64,000 bases of DNA from a bacterium. GTDB taxonomy: Bacteria > RBG-13-61-14 > DATKZS01. The notes below the pieces were generated by a model. That model did not search any database. It saw only the letters and a program-made list of their open reading frames with translations, and was not told the DNA's origin. Both the position numbers and the translations under genes were made by a program. Shown here piece by piece: positions 1 through 11,200 of the stretch (position 1 is its first letter; each line of letters starts with the position of its first letter). Where the stretch lies: assembly GCA_963674965.2 (NCBI GenBank), contig CAXXFL010000001.1:864001-928000 (forward strand), in the 5' to 3' direction.

Positions 1-24
1 ACTAAAAGGTCGGCCTGCGAGTTC

Positions 25-792
25 ATGGGCGGGATGACGGTGAGCGAGGTCCCCCTTTGCGCCATGGTTCCACTTATGGCGGTGGACTCCATGGTCTACT
101 TCGCCAAGGCTTTTCACGATAGCGGCTTTCGTTCCATCCGTGTGAAGCTGGGCAAGAGCGTGACGGAGGACGTCAAGATCATCGGCGCCATGAGGGAGGA
201 GTTGGGCTACTCGGTCCGAATAAGGGTCGACTACAACCAGGCCTATTCCCCGGCCCAGGCGGTAAGGGCCATCAAGGCCATCGAGCCCTTCGCCATAGAC
301 TGCGCCGAGCAGCCGGTACGGGCGGCCGACTTCGTGGGCATGGCCTACGTGCAAAAAAGGGTGGACACGCCCCTCTTCGCGCATGAGGGCCAGTTCTCGA
401 TCACCGACATAACCTCCCTGATCGAAATGGGGGCCATCGAGGTAGTGGGAATAAACGCGGAAAGACCGGGCGGCGTGACCAACGCCCTCCGCGCCATCAA
501 CTACGCGGAGATGAAAGGGCTCGGGTCCCTCATCCATAACCAGTCGCTGGGGATCGGGTCGGCCATGCAGATTCATCTGGCCGCGGCCAAGCATTTCTCT
601 CTTGGACACGACACCGACCTTTTCGGGCACGTCATGATGGAGCACGACCTTTTGACTCAGCCGATCGACTACGACAAGGGAACGGCCGCCGTGCCAACGG
701 GTCCCGGCTGGGGCGTCGAGTTGGATATGGACGCCCTCGATAAGTACGCCGCCGGGCCTACGGTCAAGGTCGAGGCGAAAAAGACCGCCTGA
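25..792 (+). CDS. Enolase-superfamily (mandelate racemase/muconate lactonizing-like) enzyme, probably 5'-truncated by the window edge
   Basis: RVKLG, RVDYNQ, AEQP, AHEG motifs and C-terminal VPTGPGWGVELD; N-terminal capping domain missing and frame open towards position 1. Confidence 0.85.
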   Translation: MGGMTVSEVPLCAMVPLMAVDSMVYFAKAFHDSGFRSIRVKLGKSVTEDVKIIGAMREELGYSVRIRVDYNQAYSPAQAVRAIKAIEPFAIDCAEQPVRAADFVGMAYVQKRVDTPLFAHEGQFSITDITSLIEMGAIEVVGINAERPGGVTNALRAINYAEMKGLGSLIHNQSLGIGSAMQIHLAAAKHFSLGHDTDLFGHVMMEHDLLTQPIDYDKGTAAVPTGPGWGVELDMDALDKYAAGPTVKVEAKKTA

Positions 793-832
793 AATGGCGA
801 GTCCCGTTCTTTCCGTAAGCGGTATTCGATAA

Positions 833-2302
833 ATGGGTCCCATCGGAGTTTACGACGTAATAATAATAGCGGCCTACCTGGGCGCCATGCTGGGCGTGGG
901 CATATGGTCGTCCCGCAAGATCAAGGACCTTACCGACTTCGCCCTGGCCGGCAAATCACTCGGATACCCGGTCATGATCGGGACCCTGGTGGGAGCTGCC
1001 ATTGGCGCGGCGTCCACCTTCGGCAAGGCGGGCAAGGCCTACCACGTGGGTTCCTTTTTCTTCCTCGCCACAATGGGATACGCCATCGGCCTGGCACTGT
1101 TCGGCGTATTCTCCAGGCGCCTGCGCCGGGCCGGTATCTGGACCATACCCGACGCCATCCGCGCCCGCTACGGCAAGGGCATGGAGATCATTATGGGGGC
1201 CGTCATGCTGGTGGCCGTAATAGCCGTTTTCGGCGGCCAGATAATCGGCATGGGCGCCATTTTCTCGTCCATAGGCGGAACATACGGTCTGACTTACAAG
1301 TCCTCGATAATAATCGCCGGGGCGGTGATCGTGTTCTACACCCTGGTGGGAGGCCTTTTCGCGGTGGCCTATACGGACCTCATCCAGTCGGCCATCATGC
1401 TCGTGGGAATAGGCATCATCCTGCCGGTGGCCGTGACCTCCAAGGCAGTCGAGGCCGGAATAGTCTGGGACGCCTTAATCCCCGAGCCGGGCAACCTGCT
1501 GGGAGGAATGACGCCCCTTTACGTCGTCTCCATTTTCCTCATCGACGTTCCCTTTTGCCTGGTCGATCCCAGCCTCTGGCAAAGGGCCAACGCGGCCAGG
1601 ACCGGCCGGGTGGCCCAGAGGTCGGCCTTCGTCACCAGCGGCGTCTATATCTGGTGGTCCTTTATCTGCGTGCTCCTGGGCGTTCTGGGAGCGGCGCTTA
1701 TACCGGACGTCTCAGAGCGGCTGGGAAGCTCGGACGCCGTCATCCCGGCCCTCACCATTAAATACCTGCCGCCCGCGGCCGTGGGGCTTTGCCTTAGCGG
1801 ACTTATGGCCGTCATGATGAGCACGGCCTCGGTGGTTCTCCTTATTACCGGCACCACCTTGTCCAACGACCTGGTCAAGCCGCTCCGGCCTGAGATCAGC
1901 GAAAAGGGACTTTTAATCTCCGCTCGGGTCACGGTCCTTATCGTGGGAATCCTGGGCATTATCTTCGCCCTTTTCGCCAAGAATATTTTCGATCTGCTGC
2001 TCTTGGCATTCGCCATCTATATCTCCGGCGTTTTCTTTCCCACCATGGCCGCTCTATATTGGGATAAGGCCACGAAGACGGGCGCGGCCGTGAGCGCCGT
2101 GGCCGCCACGCTTACCGTGTCCGCCCTCTACGGACTCAAGGAGTTCGGCGTGCCGATGCCCTTTGGAGTCGAGCCCATCATGATAAGTCTTATCGTCAGC
2201 TTTGTCTCGATGTACGCGGTGAGCGTCATGACGTACGACCCTGAAAAAGCCACGCCGAAAATTTTCGGCGATAGCTTCCAAAAGAAAGGAGACGCCGAGT
2301 AA
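833..2302 (+). CDS. Sodium:solute symporter (SSS/PutP-like)
   Basis: About 13 hydrophobic segments; DFALAGKSL, YTLVGGLFAVAYTDLIQ, WQR, LMAVMMSTAS motifs. Confidence 0.9.
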   Translation: MGPIGVYDVIIIAAYLGAMLGVGIWSSRKIKDLTDFALAGKSLGYPVMIGTLVGAAIGAASTFGKAGKAYHVGSFFFLATMGYAIGLALFGVFSRRLRRAGIWTIPDAIRARYGKGMEIIMGAVMLVAVIAVFGGQIIGMGAIFSSIGGTYGLTYKSSIIIAGAVIVFYTLVGGLFAVAYTDLIQSAIMLVGIGIILPVAVTSKAVEAGIVWDALIPEPGNLLGGMTPLYVVSIFLIDVPFCLVDPSLWQRANAARTGRVAQRSAFVTSGVYIWWSFICVLLGVLGAALIPDVSERLGSSDAVIPALTIKYLPPAAVGLCLSGLMAVMMSTASVVLLITGTTLSNDLVKPLRPEISEKGLLISARVTVLIVGILGIIFALFAKNIFDLLLLAFAIYISGVFFPTMAALYWDKATKTGAAVSAVAATLTVSALYGLKEFGVPMPFGVEPIMISLIVSFVSMYAVSVMTYDPEKATPKIFGDSFQKKGDAE

Positions 2303-3459
2303 TGTCCGAGAAAAACAGGGACCTCACTCTTTTAGAGGCGTCATCCATCGTGGCCGGCCTGGGCCTGGGCGGCGGGGTGATGGGCGTTCCCTATTTAGCC
2401 TCGATGAACGGCCTGGCCCAGGTCCTTAGCCTCATGGCGGTCGCCTACGGCGCCAGCGTTCTTCTCCACTTGATGGTGGCCGAGATGGTTGTTCGGGACG
2501 GCGAGGACCTGCAACTGGTCGAGATTTTCGGGAAGTACCTTTTTAGGGGGAAGGCGGGGGTCCTCTTCACCTGGTCGTTCTTCGGGCTGGTAGCGGTCTC
2601 GTTCTACGGTCTCTTGGCGGCTTATATTACGGGCTGCGGAGAAATACTCACGGAGCTGACCGGGCTAAACCTGATATTGTCCGAGCTTGTAACCTACGCC
2701 GTTGCCGCGGGAGTCGTCTTCTTTGGGCTCAAGGCGGTGGGATTCATCGAGAAGTACGCCATGATAGGCATCTTTCTTCTGGTCCTTGCCCTTTGCGTCG
2801 CCTCGCTTGGAGGGACGCTGAACGCCATCCCCTCGATTAAGGGCGGCGTGAAGGAAGGCCTTGCCCTTTTCGGCATGGTCATGTTCAGCTTCTCCTGTTT
2901 CTTCAGCGTGCCCCAGGCCGTGGCCGGTTTAAAGCACGATCGGCGTCTTATTCCGGGAGCGGTGATACTCGGGATCAGCATCAACTTCGCCCTGGTCCTT
3001 GTCGTCACGCTGGCGGCTATTTACGTCTCGAAAGAGGTTACCAAGATAGCCATCATCGGATGGGGTGAAGCATTGGGAGAGTGGGCCTCGGTGACCGGCT
3101 CGATATTCGTTTCTCTCGCCATGCTTACCACTTTCTGGGCCGTGTCCTACGCCCTGGCCGTCATCGCCAAGGAGCGGCTCGGATGGGGGGACAGGCGATC
3201 ATGGCTGGCGGCCACCTTGCCATCCTTAATAGTCGCCATGATCGGCCTGACGGATTTTCTCGGATACCTCCGCCTGGTGGGAGGCGCCATGGCCATAATG
3301 GTCGCCCTCCTGGTCGTGCCCGTCTTGAGAAAGACCCGGAGGCTGAATCCGGACAACCTCGATTACGACATGGGCTTCTTCGGACAAACGCCCTTCCAGG
3401 CGCTGGTCATACTGGCATACGTGCTCATGGCCATCGGCTCGGTCGTGACTATCGAATAA
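2302..3459 (+). CDS. Amino-acid permease (aromatic amino acid/HAAAP-like)
   Basis: SIVAGLGLGGGVMGVP N-terminal motif, about 11 TM segments; TAATG coupling to the upstream gene. Confidence 0.75.
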   Translation: MSEKNRDLTLLEASSIVAGLGLGGGVMGVPYLASMNGLAQVLSLMAVAYGASVLLHLMVAEMVVRDGEDLQLVEIFGKYLFRGKAGVLFTWSFFGLVAVSFYGLLAAYITGCGEILTELTGLNLILSELVTYAVAAGVVFFGLKAVGFIEKYAMIGIFLLVLALCVASLGGTLNAIPSIKGGVKEGLALFGMVMFSFSCFFSVPQAVAGLKHDRRLIPGAVILGISINFALVLVVTLAAIYVSKEVTKIAIIGWGEALGEWASVTGSIFVSLAMLTTFWAVSYALAVIAKERLGWGDRRSWLAATLPSLIVAMIGLTDFLGYLRLVGGAMAIMVALLVVPVLRKTRRLNPDNLDYDMGFFGQTPFQALVILAYVLMAIGSVVTIE

Positions 3460-3488
3460 AGGACAAGGGAAAGCAAAAGGAACAAATC

Positions 3489-5090
3489 ATGGACGAAGAA
3501 AACCTTTTAATTCACGGCGGCGAGATAATAACCATGGATGAGTCCGCCCCCTCGGCCGAGGCGGTCGCGGTTCAAAAGGGGACCATCGCCCGCGTCGGCT
3601 CGGCCAAGGATTGCCGTGAGGCTCTCGGCGCCGACTTCGAGGACATAGACCTCGAGGGACGAGTGCTGGCGCCGGGATTCATCGACACGCACCTTCATCC
3701 AGTGTTGATGGTCTACTTCGATCTAAACGTGGACTTGCGCGGCATTAAGAGCATGGGAGAACTGAAAGACAGGATTCGAAAAATGGCCGACTCCGATCCC
3801 TCGGCTCAGTGGATCGTGGGTCTCCAGTTCGACGAGCAGGAACTCGAGACCCCGAGACTGCCCGACCGCCGCGACCTGGACGAGGCCTGCTCCGACCGCC
3901 CTGTCGTCGTGATCAAGCATGACGGCCACATGGTGATAACCAATACCAGGGCCATCGAGGCCTGCGAGGTGGGGCCGGAAACGTTCGACCCGGAGGGCGG
4001 CGTGATCGAGCGGGAAAAGGACGGCGGGGCGAACGGGCAGTTCCGCGAGACGGCCATGATGATCCCGCTAAATAAGATGCCCCTGCCGGACCTGGACAAA
4101 TTGACCGCCGGCGCGAGAAAGACCTTTCTCAAGCTGGCGGCTTCAGGCATTACCTCGGTAGGGTCCGTGCTCCAGACCGGGGAGGAGGGACCGGCCGGGT
4201 CGTCGGGCAAGTTCGACGTTCTGGCCATGCAGATGCTTCTGACTCAAATCCCCATCAGCATGTATACGTTGCTTATAGCGGACGACGTCGCCAAGATCGG
4301 CGAGGTCAAAAAGACGGGCCTAGAATCGGGAGTACCCGGCGGTCACAAGATAGGGGGGATCAAGATTTTCTCGGACGGTTCCTTCGGCGCCTGCACCGCC
4401 TGCATGAGGGACCCATACTCGGACCAGCCGGATAAAAGCGGTTTTTTGGTTCGATCGGAGGAGGACATTTTCTCGAGGATGGCCGCCGCCCATCAGGCCG
4501 GATACCAGATCGCGACCCACGCCATCGGCGACAAGGCCAACCGCGTATGTATCGACCTTTATAAGAGACTGCTGAAGGAGATGCCAAGAGCGGACCATCG
4601 CCACCGCCTCGAGCACGCGTCGCTCCTTGACGCGGACATGATTAAGGACATGGCCCGGCTGGGACTTATCGTCTCGAGCCAGCCCCAGTTCATCCACTCG
4701 GAGAAACACTGGCTTCATAAACGGCTGGGACCTGAAAGGGCCAAATGGACCTATCCCTTCAGGTCGCTCGTTGCGGGCGGCGTAAAGGTGGCCGGGGCCT
4801 CGGACGCTCCGGTCGAGTCGGTGGACGTTTTGGACTCGATATACGTTTTAGCCACGCGGGAGGGCTTCGAGACGCGCCAGTGCATATCCGCGGCCGACGC
4901 CATGCGGATGTTTACCATTGACGCCGCCTACGCCCAGTTCGAGGACAAGGTGAAAGGCAGCATCAGCCAGGGCAAAAGGGCGGACATGATTATCCTCTCG
5001 GAGAATCCCATCACCTCGGCGCTCGATAAAATCCGCGGGATCAGGGTCTTGCGGACCTTCCACGGCGGAAAAACCATTTACGGGGAGTGA
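3489..5090 (+). CDS. Amidohydrolase family 3 (YtcJ-like)
   Basis: PGFIDTHLH, KIFSDGS, HAIGD, RLEHAS, ASDAPV; start moved to ATG 3489 after AAGGA (track ORF from 3081 overlaps the permease). Confidence 0.9.
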   Translation: MDEENLLIHGGEIITMDESAPSAEAVAVQKGTIARVGSAKDCREALGADFEDIDLEGRVLAPGFIDTHLHPVLMVYFDLNVDLRGIKSMGELKDRIRKMADSDPSAQWIVGLQFDEQELETPRLPDRRDLDEACSDRPVVVIKHDGHMVITNTRAIEACEVGPETFDPEGGVIEREKDGGANGQFRETAMMIPLNKMPLPDLDKLTAGARKTFLKLAASGITSVGSVLQTGEEGPAGSSGKFDVLAMQMLLTQIPISMYTLLIADDVAKIGEVKKTGLESGVPGGHKIGGIKIFSDGSFGACTACMRDPYSDQPDKSGFLVRSEEDIFSRMAAAHQAGYQIATHAIGDKANRVCIDLYKRLLKEMPRADHRHRLEHASLLDADMIKDMARLGLIVSSQPQFIHSEKHWLHKRLGPERAKWTYPFRSLVAGGVKVAGASDAPVESVDVLDSIYVLATREGFETRQCISAADAMRMFTIDAAYAQFEDKVKGSISQGKRADMIILSENPITSALDKIRGIRVLRTFHGGKTIYGE

Positions 5091-6163
5091 GCCTGATGTC
5101 GGAACACGCGCTCCCCCTATTCAAGGCCTTTCCCAAGCTGGGGCAAAGGGCGCCTTACCTTTGGCTGGATACCGAGGTTACGCCCGTCCAAAGGCTTGCC
5201 GGCGTTTGGCCAGGAGGCCTTTACGTTAAAAGAGACGACCTCGTCTCCAAGGCCTTCGGGGGCAACAAGGTCAGGAAGCTCGAGTTCGCCCTGGCCGACG
5301 CCATAAAACAAGGAAAGACCAAAGTCGCGACCATGGGCGGGATCGGGACAAACCACGGCCTGGCCACGGCCATCTTCGCGAAAAAGCTCGGCCTCGATTG
5401 CGACCTTTACCTTTTTCCCCAGTTCGTGACCGAGTACGCGCGAGAGAACCTGAAGCTCATGCACTATTACGGCGCCCGGCTGATCCTGGCGGAAAACATG
5501 GCCGCCATGGGCGTCCGCTATTACCTTGCCGGCCTGATTGATCGAAGCGCCTATTTCATCTACGCCGGTGGCAGCTCGCCGCTCAGCACGCTGGGACTGG
5601 TGAACGCCGCGTTCGAGTTGAAGGCCCAGATCGAGGCCGGCCAGGCGCCCGAGCCCGGATACATCTTTTGTCCGACGGCCTCGAACGGGACCCTGGCCGG
5701 ATTAAGTCTTGGCGTCCAGTTGTCCGGCCTCAAGTCCAAGGTCGTGGGCGTCAGGGTGGGCGCGGCCAAAATGGGGCCGCTACATCTCAATACCATGAAG
5801 ACGGTAAAGTCCATGCAAAGGAAAACTCTCGAGCTGATGAATAGGCTGGACCCGAGCGTTCCGAAAATCGAGGCCAGGCCGCCGCGTCTTCTTGATGAAT
5901 ACATCGGTGAAGGGTATGGCTTCCCGACCGAGGAGGGCAACCGGGCCCTCGCGCGGTTCCGGGACAAGGGAGAGATATATCTCGAGCCGGTTTACACGGC
6001 CAAGACCTGCGCCGCCCTACTCGACTTTATCGATATTGAAAACGGGAAGGCGGGTCCATATTTGTACTGGCAGACCAACAGCTCGGCCGACCTTGCGGCC
6101 GAGGCGGCTAGCGTCGATTACATGAGCATGCCAAGGGAGTTCCACAAGTTCTTTAAGGGCTGA
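5087..6163 (+). CDS. PLP-dependent D-cysteine desulfhydrase / ACC deaminase family protein
   Basis: [16 protein letters not shown] (PLP lysine), [12 protein letters not shown]; start GTG 5087 or ATG 5096. Confidence 0.85.
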   Translation: MSLMSEHALPLFKAFPKLGQRAPYLWLDTEVTPVQRLAGVWPGGLYVKRDDLVSKAFGGNKVRKLEFALADAIKQGKTKVATMGGIGTNHGLATAIFAKKLGLDCDLYLFPQFVTEYARENLKLMHYYGARLILAENMAAMGVRYYLAGLIDRSAYFIYAGGSSPLSTLGLVNAAFELKAQIEAGQAPEPGYIFCPTASNGTLAGLSLGVQLSGLKSKVVGVRVGAAKMGPLHLNTMKTVKSMQRKTLELMNRLDPSVPKIEARPPRLLDEYIGEGYGFPTEEGNRALARFRDKGEIYLEPVYTAKTCAALLDFIDIENGKAGPYLYWQTNSSADLAAEAASVDYMSMPREFHKFFKG

Positions 6164-6183
6164 GCTTCCCAGGGAGGAAGGAC

Positions 6184-6576
6184 ATGGAAGAAAGGATCGA
6201 GTCGGTAATAAGGCTACGGATGAGTTACGCCGACGCCCATTACGGGGGTGATTTAGTGGACGGCGCCAAGATGCTGGCCCTTTTCGGCGACGTGGCCACG
6301 GAGCTTTTGATACGTCTTGACGGGGACGAGGGTCTTTTTCTTCGCTACGATGAAGTCGAGTTCAAGGCCCCGGTCTACGCGGGCGACTATATCGAGGCCC
6401 GGGGATGGATCACGGACGTGGGCAAGACCTCGCGCAAGATGGAGTTCGAGGCTTTCAAGGTAATAACGGCCCGGCGAGACATATCTTCCACGGCGGCCGA
6501 CGCCCTTCCCGAGCCGGTCCTGGTCACGAGGGCCAAGGGAGTTTGCGTCACGCCTAAAGAACTGCAGAGAAAATAA
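6184..6576 (+). CDS. kal: Hotdog-fold 3-aminobutyryl-CoA ammonia-lyase-like protein
   Basis: [54 protein letters not shown] match the Kal pattern; GGAGG RBS. Confidence 0.8.
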   Translation: MEERIESVIRLRMSYADAHYGGDLVDGAKMLALFGDVATELLIRLDGDEGLFLRYDEVEFKAPVYAGDYIEARGWITDVGKTSRKMEFEAFKVITARRDISSTAADALPEPVLVTRAKGVCVTPKELQRK

Positions 6577-6749
6577 ACTCCCGTTTATAATTGTCAAAAC
6601 CCCCGGAGACCTCGGCTCCTCCATTGCTTCTTGAATATTCCACTATTATTTGAGAATGTATTGGCAATCCTCGTTCTTCATTTATTGATGAAGCATGAAT
6701 GGGGAGAAGACAATATTAGCATAACGAGAAAAGGTCGAGGCGAAAATAA

Positions 6750-7349
6750 ATGAGTGAAGAAAAATCTGAAGACCGGGCCGGCCCAGTTCCCCGCGAGGAA
6801 CTGGTGGGAGAGCGGATCAAATTGATCCGGTACCGGCCGGAGCACGTGGAGGGCGTTTACGAGATTGTAATGGAGTCCCAGGCCGAGCTGATCGAGTGGA
6901 CGTCCTGGTGCCATCCCGATTACTCGATCGATGAAACTCGGGATTTCGCGGCCAGGCGCGAGGAGGAATGGCAAAATGGAAAGTCATATATTTTCCTCAT
7001 GCTGGACCGCAAAACGGGAGACCCCCTCGGGACCTGCGGCCTGGCGAGCGTGGACCCCGTAAACAAGCTGGCCAACCTGGGCTACTGGGTTCGGACCAGC
7101 AGGACGGGGGAGGGCATAGCCCCCGAGGCGTCACGGTTACTTCTGGACTTCGCCTTTAGCGACGCCGGGCTTGTCAGGGTCGAGATACTGGCCTCGGCTG
7201 CCAACGCCCGTAGTCTCCGGGTTATCGGGAAAATCGGGGCCGTGAAAGAGGGCGTGCTGAGGAAAAGGCTTTTCCTTAACGGCCGGAGCCACGACGCGGT
7301 CATGCACTCGGTGACGATAGACGATAAGGCGCCGGGAAAATTTGGATAA
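6750..7349 (+). CDS. GNAT acetyltransferase, RimJ/RimL-like
   Basis: ANLGYWVR, GEGIA, NARSLRV, EGVLRKR. Confidence 0.85.
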   Translation: MSEEKSEDRAGPVPREELVGERIKLIRYRPEHVEGVYEIVMESQAELIEWTSWCHPDYSIDETRDFAARREEEWQNGKSYIFLMLDRKTGDPLGTCGLASVDPVNKLANLGYWVRTSRTGEGIAPEASRLLLDFAFSDAGLVRVEILASAANARSLRVIGKIGAVKEGVLRKRLFLNGRSHDAVMHSVTIDDKAPGKFG

Positions 7350-8088
7350 TCGGACCACCATATACGACGACCCGGGACACTACGACGCCAAGTACGAGAC
7401 CTACCTGGACGACGTGCCCTACCTTTACGGCCAGGTCCTCGAGTTCGGCGACCCGGTCCTCGAGATAGGATGCGGCACCGGCCGGATAACCATTCCCCTG
7501 GCCAGGCAAGGCGTGAAAATTACCGGCATAGACGCCTGTGCGGCCATGCTGGCCGAGTGCGCGAGAAAAGCCAGGGAAGAGGGACTCGAGGTCCGTCTTC
7601 ATGAGGCCGACTGCCGAGGTTTCAAGCTCCGGCAAAGATTCCGCTTTATTTTTATTCCTTTTAACACTTTTTCTCATCTCACGAAGCGAGTTGACGCTGA
7701 GGCCTGCCTGGCCCGGGCGCGGGAGCACCTGGGCGAGGACGGGCGGCTTTTGATCGATCTTTTCAACCCGAGCCTTTCCGACCTCCTGGCCGAGGAGGAA
7801 ACCATCGCCATGTACCCGGACCCGGAGGACGGCAAAAAGGTAATCGTGCGGGAGCGAAACAAGTACGACGACAAGGACCAGGTCAACCGCGTAACCTGGC
7901 GTCACGTTTTCAAAAGCGGCAAACCCGACATGGTTCAGACCCTGGTCCAGCGCGTGTATTTCCCACTCGAGCTCGAGGCCCTGCTCCATTATAACGGATT
8001 CAAGATCGAGACTCGTCACGGCGATTACAACGGCGCGCCTTTTACCTCGGGATCGCCCAAGCAGCTCATAATCGCTCGCGTAAGATAA
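7342..8088 (+). CDS. Class I SAM-dependent methyltransferase
   Basis: VLEIGCGTGR motif I, GID, ADCR, PFNTFSHL. Confidence 0.9.
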   Translation: MDNRTTIYDDPGHYDAKYETYLDDVPYLYGQVLEFGDPVLEIGCGTGRITIPLARQGVKITGIDACAAMLAECARKAREEGLEVRLHEADCRGFKLRQRFRFIFIPFNTFSHLTKRVDAEACLARAREHLGEDGRLLIDLFNPSLSDLLAEEETIAMYPDPEDGKKVIVRERNKYDDKDQVNRVTWRHVFKSGKPDMVQTLVQRVYFPLELEALLHYNGFKIETRHGDYNGAPFTSGSPKQLIIARVR

Positions 8089-8232
8089 ACATTGTCCGGG
8101 CGTTCCGGAGAAAAGTTTCCGCGAAATTACCCGTTTGGATATAAACTGGCGGGCGGCGCGAAAATAAATTACTATCGTTATATCGGCCTGACGTTGTATT
8201 TTCCATGCCTACTGTCAAGATGAGGAACAGCC

Positions 8233-11200
8233 ATGAAGCGTAGCGCGCTTAACGCGAGCCTTGGGGTTATATTATTTTGTCTTTTTTCCGCCTTTTCCTT
8301 TTACGGCTTTCGTGCGGGGGCCGCGGAACGCCTGCCCGCTCCTTCCATCGGGCAGAACCAGGTCCTGGTTATCCTTATAACTTTCAACGACGCCACGCCG
8401 ACGTACTCGAAGCCGGAGTTCACGGAGCTTTTTTTCGGTGACACGTCAAACACCTTCCGCAACTATTACGAGGAGGCGTCCTACGGCGCTTTTACGGTAA
8501 CGGGCTCGGTGGAGGGCTGGTTCACGGCCTCGGGGTCTCACGATTATTACGGCGGCGGCAACTACGGTCAGGGCGGTTTTCCCTCATATCCGGGCAACGC
8601 TCAGCGCCTGGTTGAGGAAGCGGTGGACCTGGCCGAGGCCTCTGGTGTTGACTTCTCGGTCTACGACAACTCCGGCGACGGACGCGTCGATTCGTTGATA
8701 ATCGTGCATCAGGGCCAGGGCGGGGAAAGGATAAGCGATTCCTCCAACATATGGAGCTTTTACGGCGCGATCTCCGACGGCGGCGGCACGCCCCGCTACT
8801 ATGACGGCGTGCTTATAGATTATTTCGCCATCGTGCCCGAGGTCAGCTACAAGGGCGGCCGGATCGTGGAGTGCGGCCCGCCGGTTCACGAGTACGGCCA
8901 TTGCCTTGGCCTTATCGACCTTTACGACAAGGACTCTTCGTCCTCGGGCGTGGGCGTATACGACGTCATGAGCGCGGGGGTGTGGGGACCAGATTTCGAT
9001 TCCCCCGAGTTTCCAGTTCACTTCAGCGCCTACTCCAAGGCGCGCCTGGGATGGATCGATCCCATTGTGATCACGGGATCGACCCAGGGGTGGTTCTCGC
9101 TGCCGCCGTTCGAGTTATATCCTTTTGCCCTGAAAATTCCGGCCAATCCCGATTACGGTCTCGAGTATTTCCTGGCGGCCAACGTCCAGCCAATTGGATA
9201 CGACCGCAACGTCCTGGATCAGGGCCTGATTATTTTCCACGTGGACGAGCGGGCCATCATGGAAAACAGGCAGGAACGTATCGGCTGCGGGACCGCCATA
9301 CCCACCCTGGCGGTCGAGCAGGCCGACGGCGAGTATGACCTCGAGCACGGGGAAAACTGGGGCGACACTCACGACCTTTACCCGCTCCCGGGCGGGACCC
9401 TCGGGCAGTTCCACGCGGCCTCGACGCCAAACAGCATAAACCACGACTGCCGGCTCTCGGGCGTCTCGATAACCTCCATCGGTCTGAGCGGAGACACCAT
9501 CGAGGCCTACCTGAGCGCCGATGATTTCAGGCCCGCCTCCGACCTCCCCCTTCTATCCATGCGCGTCGGGTCATGGGACGAGGTCTCCGGCGACGGCGAC
9601 GATTATCTCGAGGCGGGAGAGGTCTTCAACCTGACCGCGACCCTTTCCAACAACGGGGCGACGGCCCACGACGTGAGCGCCGTCTTCAGTTCCCTCGGCT
9701 CTTATCTTGTTTTTGGAGATACCAGCTCGGCCTTTCCCGATCTGGGACCGGGGCAGGAGGTCTCGAGCGGAGACACGGTCCTGGTCTCGATCCTGCCCGG
9801 CTATAGAAAGGGCGAGTCTCAAAGAATCTACGCGACCATCACCCACGACGAGGGATTAATAAGCCAGAATCTTTATCCTAAGCTGGGAAAGCCGGACCTT
9901 CTTTACGTGGACGACGACGATGGAGACCAGACGGAGAAGATTATCGCGACCTACCTGGGAAACGCCGAGTTCTACTTCGATACCTGGGAGGTTTACAAGC
10001 TGGGCCCGCCGGGGTCGACAGTTATGGCCGGCTACGACAAGGTAATCTGGGCCACGGGCGGGGATGACCTCGAGCCCCTTTCCGCCCAGGAGATGGGGGT
10101 CATCTCCGATTACCTTGACGCCGGCGGCAACCTGGCGCTTTCCAGCCCCTATCTTCTTCTGGACCCGGAGCCGGGAGTAACGGCTTTCGCCCGCGATTAT
10201 CTTCACGTCACCGACTTCACTGACGACCATTTCGCGATGGACAAGACGCGGGGCATAAGCAACGACCCCGTCTCCCACGATTCGAGCCTGTTCAATTACT
10301 CGTCGACGATATTCCATTACCCGCTCCTTAACCGTACTCAGGGACTTACGCCTGACGCCCTGGCCGCGGGCTGCATTTTAAACGACCGGGGCAACTACAC
10401 GGCGGTAAGGTATCCGGGGGACGGCTCCGGTCCTTATAAAACGCTCTTCGCGTCATTCGGCCTCGAGATTGTCGTATATTACAACCAGTCCATCCTGCTT
10501 CGAAGAATTCTTAATTCATTCAATTACCGCGAGGGAAAGCCCTTCGCCGTTATCGTTGACCCCACCTCGGCTCGCCCCAAAGCGACCGATCTGGTGATTG
10601 GAATTTTCGGGATGAACTTCAACGCCGACACCGGGGTTACTTTTCCCGACGGGACCATTAACGTGACGGACGTCGATTTAGTCAGCGCCAACCGCCTCGA
10701 CGTCACGGTTAACGTGGATATCGACGCCTGGACCGGCATGCACGACATGACGCTCAGCGACGCGGCGGGCGACACCATACGGCTGGAAAAGATGTTCAAG
10801 GTCTCGGGAACGCCGCTTCCCAACCAGGTCCCCGTAGCCTCGGCGGGCGCGGACCAGGACGGATACAGGACGGACCCGTTTGATCTTGACGGCTCCTTAA
10901 GCCACGACCCCGATTATGACCCGGTGGCCTATAAGTGGGAGATACTTGAGGGTGGGTCCGCGCTGATCCTGCCCTCGGACACGGCGCAAGTGGCGACCTT
11001 GACTCCGGCCTGGGACTTCGCGGGCGACTACGTAATTCTTCTGACGGTCTCGGACCCTTACGACTCGGCGGGCGACACCGTGAGGATCAGCGTTTACAAC
11101 CGGGCCCCCATGGCCGACGCCGGGCCCTCCCAGATAGTCGCGACGGGAGCACTGGCCGAGCTTGACGGGTCGGGCTCTTACGACCTGGACGGGGACAGCC

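Noticed and set aside
3081-3488. N-terminal extension of the amidohydrolase
   Set aside because: Overlaps the permease in another frame and is Arg/Gly-rich noise; the RBS supports 3489.
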